Assembly: GCF_009914755.1 (NCBI RefSeq)
Contig: NC_060930.1
Length of the DNA stretch: 64,000 nucleotides
Strand: one strand, 5' to 3'
Source: the human T2T-CHM13v2.0 reference genome, Homo sapiens
Shown in pieces: positions 53,101-64,000 of the stretch (within the stretch, counting starts at the first letter, position 1; every line of letters starts with the position of its first letter). The translations under genes and the position numbers were made by a program. The notes beneath the pieces are model-generated. The model was given only the letters and a program-made list of their open reading frames with translations. It did not search any database and had not been told where the DNA came from.

Positions 53101-56100
53101 AGAATTCTCAGAAACTCCTTTGTGATGTGTGCATTCAATTCAAAGAGTGAAACCTCCCTTTTCACAGAGCAGTTTTGAAACACTGTTTTTGTAGGATTTC
53201 CAAGGGGATATTTATAGCGCATTGAGCCTACGGCGGAAAAAGAAACATCTTCCTATAAAAACTAGACAGAATACTTCTCAGAATCTGCTTTGCGATGTGT
53301 GCGTTCAACTCACAGAGTAAAACTTTTCTTTTGATAGAGCAGTTTTGAAACACTCTTTTTGTAGTATTTGCATGTGTATATTTAGAGCGCATTGAAGCCC
53401 ACAGTAGAAAAGGAAATAACTTCACCTAAAACCTAGACAGAAGCAATCTCAGAAACTACTTTGTGATGTGTACATTCAACTCACAGAGTGGAACTTTCCT
53501 CTTTATAGAGCAGTGTTGAAACACTCTTTTTGTAGAAACTGCAAGTGGATATTTGGACCTCTTTGAGGCCTTCGTTGGAAACGGGATTTCTTCCTATAAC
53601 CCTAGACAGAAGAATTTTCAGAAACCTCATTGTGATGTGTGCGTTCATCTCACAGAGTGGAGTCTTCCGTTTGATAGAGAAGTTTTGAAACCCTGTTCTT
53701 GTAGGATTTCCAAGTGGATATTTAGACCACTTTGAAGCCTATGATAGAAAAGGAAACATCTTCATGGAAAACATAGATAGAATCATCCTCAGAAACAACT
53801 TTGTGATGTGTGCGTTGAACTCACCGTCTTTAACCTTTCTTTTGGTAGAGAAGTTTTGAAACACTCTCTTTGTAAAGTCTACAAGTGGATATTTTGAGCC
53901 CTTGGAGGCATTCTTTGGAAAAGGGAATGTCTTCACATAAAAGGCAGACGGAAGTGTTCTCAGAAACTGCTTTGTGATGTCTGTGTTCAACTCACAGAGT
54001 TTAACATTTCCTTTGATAGAGCGGTTTAGTAACCCTCTCTTTGTAGAATTTGGAAGTGTATACTAAGAGCGCTTTGAGGCCTATGGTAGAAAAGGAAATA
54101 TCTTTCCATAAAAGCTAGACAGAAGCAATCTCAGAAACTCCTCTGTGATGTCTGCATTCAACTCACCGAGTGGAACATTCCTCTTGAGAGAGCAGTTTGG
54201 AAACACTCTTTCTGTAGAATCAGCTTGTTTGTATTTGGACCTCCTTGAGGCCTTCGTTGGAAACGGGTTTTCATCTTATAAACCCAGACAGAAGAATTCT
54301 CAGAGTCTTCTTTGTGATGTGTGCTTTCAACTCACCGAGATAAAGATTTCTCTTGATAGAGCAATTTGGAAACACTCTTTTTGTAGAATTTGCAAGGGTA
54401 CATTGAGAGCGCTTTCAGGCCTATGGTAGAAAAGGGAATATCTTTCCATAAAAGGTAGACAGAAGCAATCTCAGAAACTACTTTGTGATGTGTGCATTCA
54501 ACTCACCGAGTGCAACGTTCCTCTTGACCGAGCAGTTTGGAAACATTGTTTCTGTAGAATCTGCAAGTGGATATTTGGACCTCTTTGAGGCCTTCGTTGG
54601 AAAGGGGATTTCTTCCTATAAACCCAGACAGAAGAATTCTCAGAGACTTCTTTGTGATGTGTGAATTCAACTCACAGTGTGGATCCTTCCTTTTGATAGA
54701 GCAGTTTTGAAACCCTGTTTTTGTAGTATTTCCAAGCGGATATTTGGAACGCCTTGAAGCGTATGGTAGAAAAGGAAATATCTTCCCATAAAACCTAGAC
54801 AGAACCAATCTCAGAAACGACTTTGTGATGTCTGCATTCAAGTCACAGAGTTGAACATTTCTCTTGATAGAGCAGTTTTGAAACCCTCTTTCTGAAGGAT
54901 CTGCAAGTGGATATTTGGAACTCCTTTGGGTCTTCGTTGGAAACGGGATTTCTTCGTATAAATCTAGACAGAAGAATTCTCCGAAACTTCCTTGGTTGTG
55001 TGCATTCAAGTCACAGAGTGGAACCTTCCTTTGGATAGAGCAGTTTGAAACGCCATGGTTGTAGTATTTCCAAGCGGATATTAGAGCGCCTTGAGGCCTA
55101 TGGTAGAAAAGGAAATATCTTCCCATAAAACCTAGACGGAAGCAATCTCAGAAACTACTGTGTGATGGCTGCATTCCACACACACGGTGGAACATTTCTC
55201 TTGATAGAGCAGTTTTGAAACACTCTTTCTGTAGAATCTGCAAGTGGATAATTGGACCGCCTTGAGGCCTTCGTTGGAAACGGGATTTCTTCATGTTACT
55301 CTAGATAGAAGAATTCTCAAACACTGCTATGTGATGTTTGCATTCAAGTCACAGAGTGCAACATTCCTCTTGGTAGAGCAGTTGGGAAACACTCCTTTTG
55401 TAGAATCTGCAATGGGATATTTGGACTTCTTTGAGGCCTTCGTTGGAAACGGGATTTCTTCGTATGAATCTAGACAGAAGAATTCTCAGAAACTTCCTTG
55501 TGATGTGTGCATTCAACTCAGCGAGTGGCACCTTCCTTTGGATACAGCAGTTTTGAAACACTGTTTTTATAGTATTTCCAAGCGGATATTTAGAGCGCCT
55601 TGAAGCCTATGCTAGAAATGGAAATATCTCCCCATAAAACCAAGACAGAAGCAATCTCAGAAACTAATGTGTGATGGCTGCATTCCACACACACGGTGGA
55701 CCATTTCTCTTGATAGAGCAGTTTTGAAACACTCTTTCTGTAGAATCTGCAAGTGGATAATTGGACCTCCTAGAGGCCTTCGTTGGAAACGGGATTTCTT
55801 CATCTAAACCTACAGAGAAGAATTCTCAGTAACTTCTTCGGATGTGTGCATTCGACTCACAGAATGGAACATTCCCTTTGATAGAGCAGTTTTGAGACAC
55901 CGTTTTTGTAGAATTCCCAAGTGGATATTTAGAGCACTTTGAAGTCTCTGCTAGAAAAGGAAACATCTTCATGTAAAAAGTAGATAGAATCGTTCTCAGA
56001 AAGTGCTTAGTGACGTGTGCGTTCAACTCACAGAGTTTAACGTTTCTTTTGATAGAGCGTTTCTGAAACACCCTTCTTGTAGTAGCTGCAAGTGGATATT

Positions 56101-59100
56101 TGGACCTATTGGAGGCCTTCTTTGGAAACGGGATTTCTTCATGTAACTCTAGATTGAAGAATTCTCAGAAACTCCTTTGTGATGTGTGCATTCAATTCAA
56201 AGAGTGAAACCTCCCTTTTCACAGAGCAGTTTTGAAACACTGTTTTTGTAGGATTTCCAAGGGGATATTTATAGCGCATTGAGCCTACGGCGGAAAAAGA
56301 AACATCTTCCTATAAAAACTAGACAGAATACTTCTCAGAATCTGCTTTGCGATGTGTGCGTTCAACTCACAGAGTAAAACTTTTCTTTTGATAGAGCAGT
56401 TTTGAAGCACTCTTTTTGTAGTATTTGCATGTGTATATTTAGAGCGCATTGAAGCCCACAGTAGAAAAGGAAATAACTTCACCTAAAACCTAGACAGAAG
56501 CAATCTCAGAAACTACTTTGTGATGTGTACATTCAACTCACAGAGTGGAACTTTCCTCTTTATAGAGCAGTGTTGAAACACTCTTTTTGTAGAAACTGCA
56601 AGTGGATATTTGGACCTCTTTGAGGCCTTCGTTGGAAACGGGATTTCTTCCTATAACCCTAGACAGAAGAATTTTCAGAAACCTCATTGTGATGTGTGCG
56701 TTCATCTCACAGAGTGGAGTCTTCCGTTTGATAGAGAAGTTTTGAAACCCTGTTCTTGTAGGATTTCCAAGTGGATATTTAGACCACTTTGAAGCCTATG
56801 ATAGAAAAGGAAACATCTTCATGGAAAACATAGATAGAATCATCCTCAGAAACAACTTTGTGATGTGTGCGTTGAACTCACCGTCTTTAACCTTTCTTTT
56901 GGTAGAGAAGTTTTGAAACACTCTCTTTGTAAAGTCTACAAGTGGATATTTTGAGCCCTTGGAGGCATTCTTTGGAAAAGGGAATGTCTTCACATAAAAG
57001 GCAGACGGAAGTGTTCTCAGAAACTGCTTTGTGATGTCTGTGTTCAACTCACAGAGTTTAACATTTCCTTTGATAGAGCGGTTTAGTAACCCTCTCTTTG
57101 TAGAATTTGGAAGTGTATACTAAGAGCGCTTTGAGGCCTATGGTAGAAAAGGAAATATCTTTCCATAAAAGCTAGACAGAAGCAATCTCAGAAACTCCTC
57201 TGTGATGTCTGCATTCAACTCACCGAGTGGAACATTCCTCTTGAGAGAGCAGTTTGGAAACACTCTTTCTGTAGAATCAGCTTGTTTGTATTTGGACCTC
57301 CTTGAGGCCTTCGTTGGAAACGGGTTTTCATCTTATAAACCCAGACAGAAGAATTCTCAGAGTCTTCTTTGTGATGTGTGCTTTCAACTCACCGAGATAA
57401 AGATTTCTCTTGATAGAGCAATTTGGAAACACTCTTTTTGTAGAATTTGCAAGGGTACATTGAGAGCGCTTTCAGGCCTATGGTAGAAAAGGGAATATCT
57501 TTCCATAAAAGGTAGACAGAAGCAATCTCAGAAACTACTTTGTGATGTGTGCATTCAACTCACCGAGTGCAACGTTCCTCTTGACCGAGCAGTTTGGAAA
57601 CATTGTTTCTGTAGAATCTGCAAGTGGATATTTGGACCTCTTTGAGGCCTTCGTTGGAAACGGGATTTCTTCCTATAAACCCAGACAGAAGAATTCTCAG
57701 AGACTTCTTTGTGATGTGTGAATTCAACTCACAGTGTGGATCCTTCCTTTTGATAGAGCAGTTTTGAAACCCTGTTTTTGTAGTATTTCCAAGCGGATAT
57801 TTGGAACGCCTTGAAGCGTATGGTAGAAAAGGAAATATCTTCCCATAAAACCTAGACAGAACCCATCTCAGAAACGACTTTGTGATGTCTGCATTCAAGT
57901 CACAGAGTTGAACATTTCTCTTGATAGAGCAGTTTTGAAACCCTCTTTCTGAAGGATCTGCAAGTGGATATTTGGAACTCCTTTGGGTCTTCGTTGGAAA
58001 CGGGATTTCTTCGTATAAATCTAGACAGAAGAATTCTCCGAAACTTCTTTGGTTGTGTGCATTCAAGTCACAGAGTGGAACCTTCCTTTGGATAGAGCAG
58101 TTTGAAACGCCGTGGTTGTAGTATTTCCAAGCGGATATTAGAGCGCCTTGAGGCCTATGGTAGAAAAGGAAATATCTTCCCATAAAACCTAGACGGAAGC
58201 AATCTCAGAAACTACTGTGTGATGGCTGCATTCCACACACACGGTGGAACATTTCTCTTGATAGAGCAGTTTTGAAACACTCTTTCTGTAGAATCTGCAA
58301 GTGGATAATTGGACCGCCTTGAGGCCTTCGTTGGAAACGGGATTTCTTCATGTTACTCTAGATAGAAGAATTCTCAAACACTGCTATGTGATGTTTGCAT
58401 TCAAGTCACAGAGTGCAACATTCCTCTTGGTAGAGCAGTTGGGAAACACTCCTTTTGTAGAATCTGCAATGGGATATTTGGACTTCTTTGAGGCCTTCGT
58501 TGGAAACGGGATTTCTTCGTATGAATCTAGACAGAAGAATTCTCAGAAACTTCCTTGTGATGTGTGCATTCAACTCAGCGAGTGGCACCTTCCTTTGGAT
58601 ACAGCAGTTTTGAAACACTGTTTTTGTAGTATTTCCAAGCGGATATTTAGAGCGCCTTGAAGCCTATGCTAGAAATGGAAATATCTCCCCATAAAACCAA
58701 GACAGAAGCAATCTCAGAAACTAATGTGTGATGGCTGCATTCCACACACACGGTGGACCATTTCTCTTGATAGAGCAGTTTTGAAACACTCTTTCTGTAG
58801 AATCTGCAAGTGGATAATTGGACCTCCTAGAGGCCTTCGTTGGAAACGGGATTTCTTCATCTAAACCTACAGAGAAGAATTCTCAGTAACTTCTTCGGAT
58901 GTGTGCATTCGACGCACAGAATGGAACATTCCCTTTGATAGAGCAGTTTTGAGACACCGTTTTTGTAGAATTCCCAAGTGGATATTTAGAGCACTTTGAA
59001 GTCTCTGCTAGAAAAGGAAACATCTTCATGTAAAAAGTAGATAGAATCGTTCTCAGAAAGTGCTTAGTGACGTGTGCGTTCAACTCACAGAGTTTAACGT

Positions 59101-62100
59101 TTCTTTTGATAGAGCGTTTCTGAAACACCCTTCTTGTAGTAGCTGCAAGTGGATATTTGGACCTATTGGAGGCCTTCTTTGGAAACGGGATTTCTTCATG
59201 TAACTCTAGATTGAAGAATTCTCAGAAACTCCTTTGTGATGTGTGCATTCAATTCAAAGAGTGAAACCTCCCTTTTCACAGAGCAGTTTTGAAACACTGT
59301 TTTTGTAGGATTTCCAAGGGGATATTTATAGCGCATTGAGCCTACGGCGGAAAAAGAAACATCTTCCTATAAAAACTAGACAGAATACTTCTCAGAATCT
59401 GCTTTGCGATGTGTGCGTTCAACTCACAGAGTAAAACTTTTCTTTTGATAGAGCAGTTTTGAAACACTCTTTTTGTAGTATTTGCATGTGTATATTTAGA
59501 GCGCATTGAAGCCCACAGTAGAAAAGGAAATAACTTCACCTAAAACCTAGACAGAAGCAATCTCAGAAACTACTTTGTGATGTGTACATTCAACTCACAG
59601 AGTGGAACTTTCCTCTTTATAGAGCAGTGTTGAAACACTCTTTTTGTAGAAACTGCAAGTGGATATTTGGACCTCTTTGAGGCCTTCGTTGGAAACGGGA
59701 TTTCTTCCTATAACCCTAGACAGAAGAATTTTCAGAAACCTCATTGTGATGTGTGCGTTCATCTCACAGAGTGGAGTCTTCCGTTTGATAGAGAAGTTTT
59801 GAAACCCTGTTCTTGTAGGATTTCCAAGTGGATATTTAGACCACTTTGAAGCCTATGATAGAAAAGGAAACATCTTCATGGAAAACATAGATAGAATCAT
59901 CCTCAGAAACAACTTTGTGATGTGTGCGTTGAACTCACCGTCTTTAACCTTTCTTTTGGTAGAGAAGTTTTGAAACACTCTCTTTGTAAAGTCTACAAGT
60001 GGATATTTTGAGCCCTTGGAGGCATTCTTTGGAAAAGGGAATGTCTTCACATAAAAGGCAGACGGAAGTGTTCTCAGAAACTGCTTTGTGATGTCTGTGT
60101 TCAACTCACAGAGTTTAACATTTCCTTTGATAGAGCGGTTTAGTAACCCTCTCTTTGTAGAATTTGGAAGTGTATACTAAGAGCGCTTTGAGGCCTATGG
60201 TAGAAAAGGAAATATCTTTCCATAAAAGCTAGACAGAAGCAATCTCAGAAACTCCTCTGTGATGTCTGCATTCAACTCACCGAGTGGAACATTCCTCTTG
60301 AGAGAGCAGTTTGGAAACACTCTTTCTGTAGAATCAGCTTGTTTGTATTTGGACCTCCTTGAGGCCTTCGTTGGAAACGGGTTTTCATCTTATAAACCCA
60401 GACAGAAGAATTCTCAGAGTCTTCTTTGTGATGTGTGCTTTCAACTCACCGAGATAAAGATTTCTCTTGATAGAGCAATTTGGAAACACTCTTTTTGTAG
60501 AATTTGCAAGGGTACATTGAGAGCGCTTTCAGGCCTATGGTAGAAAAGGGAATATCTTTCCATAAAAGGTAGACAGAAGCAATCTCAGAAACTACTTTGT
60601 GATGTGTGCATTCAACTCACCGAGTGCAACGTTCCTCTTGACCGAGCAGTTTGGAAACATTGTTTCTGTAGAATCTGCAAGTGGATATTTGGACCTCTTT
60701 GAGGCCTTCGTTGGAAACGGGATTTCTTCCTATAACCCCAGACAGAAGAATTCTCAGAGACTTCTTTGTGATGTGTGAATTCAACTCACAGTGTGGATCC
60801 TTCCTTTTGATAGAGCAGTTTTGAAACCCTGTTTTTGTAGTATTTCCAAGCGGATATTTGGAACGCCTTGAAGCGTATGGTAGAAAAGGAAATATCTTCC
60901 CATAAAACCTAGACAGAACCCATCTCAGAAACGACTTTGTGATGTCTGCATTCAAGTCACAGAGTTGAACATTTCTCTTGATAGAGCAGTTTTGAAACCC
61001 TCTTTCTGAAGGATCTGCAAGTGGATATTTGGAACTCCTTTGGGTCTTCGTTGGAAACGGGATTTCTTCGTATAAATCTAGACAGAAGAATTCTCCGAAA
61101 CTTCTTTGGTTGTGTGCATTCAAGTCACAGAGTGGAACCTTCCTTTGGATAGAGCAGTTTGAAACGCCGTGGTTGTAGTATTTCCAAGCGGATATTAGAG
61201 CGCCTTGAGGCCTATGGTAGAAAAGGAAATATCTTCCCATAAAACCTAGACGGAAGCAATCTCAGAAACTACTGTGTGATGGCTGCATTCCACACACACG
61301 GTGGAACATTTCTCTTGATAGAGCAGTTTTGAAACACTCTTTCTGTAGAATCTGCAAGTGGATAATAGGTCCGCCTTGAGCCCTTCGTTGGAAACGGGAT
61401 TTCTTCATGTTACTCTAGATAGAAGAATTCTCAAACACTGCTATGTGATGTTTGCATTCAAGTCACAGAGTGCAACATTCCTCTTGGTAGAGCAGTTGGG
61501 AAACACTCCTTTTGTAGAATCTGCAATGGGATATTTGGACTTCTTTGAGGCCTTCGTTGGAAACGGGATTTCTTCGTATGAATCTAGACAGAAGAATTCT
61601 CAGAAACTTCCTTGTGATGTGTGCATTCAACTCAGCGAGTGGCACCTTCCTTTGGATACAGCAGTTTTGAAACACTGTTTTTGTAGTATTTCCAAGCGGA
61701 TATTTAGAGCGCCTTGAAGCCTATGCTAGAAATGGAAATATCTCCCCATAAAACCAAGACAGAAGCAATCTCAGAAACTAATGTGTGATGGCTGCATTCC
61801 ACACACACGGTGGACCATTTCTCTTGATAGAGCAGTTTTGAAACACTCTTTCTGTAGAATCTGCAAGTGGATAATTGGACCTCCTAGAGGCCTTCGTTGG
61901 AAACGGGATTTCTTCATCTAAACCTACAGAGAAGAATTCTCAGTAACTTCTTCGGATGTGTGCATTCGACGCACAGAATGGAACATTCCCTTTGATAGAG
62001 CAGTTTTGAGACACCGTTTTTGTAGAATTCCCAAGTGGATATTTAGAGCACTTTGAAGTCTCTGCTAGAAAAGGAAACATCTTCATGTAAAAAGTAGATA

Positions 62101-64000
62101 GAATCGTTCTCAGAAAGTGCTTAGTGACGTGTGCGTTCAACTCACAGAGTTTAACGATTCTTTTGATAGAGCGTTTCTGAAACACCCTTCTTGTAGTAGC
62201 TGCAAGTGGATATTTGGACCTATTGGAGGCCTTCTTTGGAAACGGGATTTCTTCATGTAACTCTAGATTGAAGAGTTCTCAGAAACTCCTTTGTGATGTG
62301 TGCATTCAATTCAAAGAGTGAAACCTCCCTTTTCACAGAGCAGTTTTGAAACACTGTTTTTGTAGGATTTCCAAGGGGATATTTATAGCGCATTGAGCCT
62401 ACGGCGGAAAAAGAAACATCTTCCTATAAAAACTAGACAGAATACTTCTCAGAATCTGCTTTGCGATGTGTGTGTTCAACTCACAGCGTAAAACTTTTCT
62501 TTTGATAGAGCAGTTTTGAAACACTCTTTTTGTAGTATTTGCATGTGTATATTTAGAGCGCATTGAAGCCCACAGTAGAAAAGGAAATAACTTCACCTAA
62601 AACCTAGACAGAAGCAATCTCAGAAACTACTTTGTGATGTGTACATTCAACTCACAGAGTGGAACTTTCCTCTTTATAGAGCAGTGTTGAAACACTCTTT
62701 TTGTAGAAACTGCAAGTGGATATTTGGACCTCTTTGAGGCCTTCGTTGGAAACGGGATTTCTTCCTATAACCCTAGACAGAAGAATTTTCAGAAACCTCA
62801 TTGTGATGTGTGCGTTCATCTCACAGAGTGGAGTCTTCCGTTTGATAGAGAAGTTTTGAAACCCTGTTCTTGTAGGATTTCCAAGTGGATATTTAGACCA
62901 CTTTGAAGCCTATGATAGAAAAGGAAACATCTTCATGGAAAACATAGATAGAATCATCCTCAGAAACAACTTTGTGATGTGTGCGTTGAACTCACCGTCT
63001 TTAACCTTTCTTTTGGTAGAGAAGTTTTGAAACACTCTCTTTGTAAAGTCTACAAGTGGATATTTTGAGCCCTTGGAGGCATTCTTTGGAAAAGGGAATG
63101 TCTTCACATAAAAGGCAGACGGAAGTGTTCTCAGAAACTGCTTTGTGATGTCTGTGTTCAACTCACAGAGTTTAACATTTCCTTTGATAGAGCGGTTTAG
63201 TAACCCTCTCTTTGTAGAATTTGGAAGTGTATACTAAGAGCGCTTTGAGGCCTATGGTAGAAAAGGAAATATCTTTCCATAAAAGCTAGACAGAAGCAAT
63301 CTCAGAAACTCCTCTGTGATGTCTGCATTCAACTCACCGAGTGGAACATTCCTCTTGAGAGAGCAGTTTGGAAACACTCTTTCTGTAGAATCAGCTTGTT
63401 TGTATTTGGACCTCCTTGAGGCCTTCGTTGGAAACGGGTTTTCATCTTATAAACCCAGACAGAAGAATTCTCAGAGTCTTCTTTGTGATGTGTGCTTTCA
63501 ACTCACCGAGATAAAGATTTCTCTTGATAGAGCAATTTGGAAACACTCTTTTTGTAGAATTTGCAAGGGTACATTGAGAGCGCTTTCAGGCCTATGGTAG
63601 AAAAGGGAATATCTTTCCATAAAAGGTAGACAGAAGCAATCTCAGAAACTACTTTGTGATGTGTGCATTCAACTCACCGAGTGCAACGTTCCTCTTGACC
63701 GAGCAGTTTGGAAACATTGTTTCTGTAGAATCTGCAAGTGGATATTTGGACCTCTTTGAGGCCTTCGTTGGAAACGGGATTTCTTCCTATAAACCCAGAC
63801 AGAAGAATTCTCAGAGACTTCTTTGTGATGTGTGAATTCAACTCACAGTGTGGATCCTTCCTTTTGATAGAGCAGTTTTGAAACCCTGTTTTTGTAGTAT
63901 TTCCAAGCGGATATTTGGAACGCCTTGAAGCGTATGGTAGAAAAGGAAATATCTTCCCATAAAACCTAGACAGAACCCATCTCAGAAACGACTTTGTGAT
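32107..64000 (+). repeat. Ten tandem 18-mer HORs (U12-U21) plus partial U22
   Basis: Constant 3057-bp spacing of anchors from 32154 to 62724. Confidence 0.95.
38221..56562 (+). repeat. Tandem duplication of a 3-HOR block (9171-bp super-period): U14-U16 and U17-U19; boundaries approximate
   Basis: At least nine rare SNVs recur at exactly +9171 bp (see findings). Confidence 0.9.

Larger units (their letters stand above)
1..64000 (+). repeat. D6Z1: Alpha-satellite (alphoid) centromeric higher-order repeat array; 18-mer 3057-bp HOR, probably human chr6 D6Z1
   Basis: ~170-bp monomers with alphoid motifs (TGTGATGTGTGCATTCAACTCACAGAG, GATAGAGCAGTTTTGAAACACTCTTTTTGTAGAATCTGCAAGTGGATATTTGG) and CENP-B boxes CTTCGTTGGAAACGGGA. 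The ORF track recurs every 3057 bp (48, 3105, 6162...). One BamHI site per unit (GGATCC at 1176-1181). Alpha-satellite identity is essentially certain. The chr6/D6Z1 call rests on recalling that D6Z1 is an 18-mer ~3-kb BamHI repeat. Confidence 0.93.

Noticed and set aside
1-64000. Transposon (L1/Alu) insertion, inversion or non-satellite island
   Set aside because: All unit lengths are accounted for by 3057, 3054 or 2551 bp, and all boxes lie on the same strand, leaving no room for an insert or strand switch.
1-64000. A previously undescribed gene-based biological system
   Set aside because: Nothing in the window supports one. All structure is explained by alpha-satellite HOR organisation and its turnover.

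Overview
The whole 64-kb window is one uninterrupted, single-orientation array of primate centromeric alpha-satellite (~171-bp monomers). The monomers form a 3057-bp, 18-monomer higher-order repeat (HOR) with one BamHI site per unit and a mostly alternating CENP-B-box / pJalpha-box pattern. From recalled literature, not a search, this matches human chromosome 6 D6Z1 (suprachromosomal family 1). There are 21 complete units plus a partial one, phased from base 1: U1 1, U2 3058, U3 6115, U4 9169, U5 12226, U6 15283, U7 18340, U8 21397, U9 23948, U10 26499, U11 29556, U12 32107, U13 35164, U14 38221, U15 41278, U16 44335, U17 47392, U18 50449, U19 53506, U20 56563, U21 59620, U22 62677. I see no genes, transposons, inversions or non-satellite inserts, and all listed ORFs are repeat artefacts. 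I found no new gene system. The interest lies in how the array evolved: three related 15-mer deletion units whose breakpoint collapses an old duplication inside the HOR, a recent 9171-bp three-HOR duplication, a haplotype tract repeated 19,881 bp away, short conversion-like tracts, and several CENP-B box knockouts. Variants were read by eye, so the lists may be incomplete.
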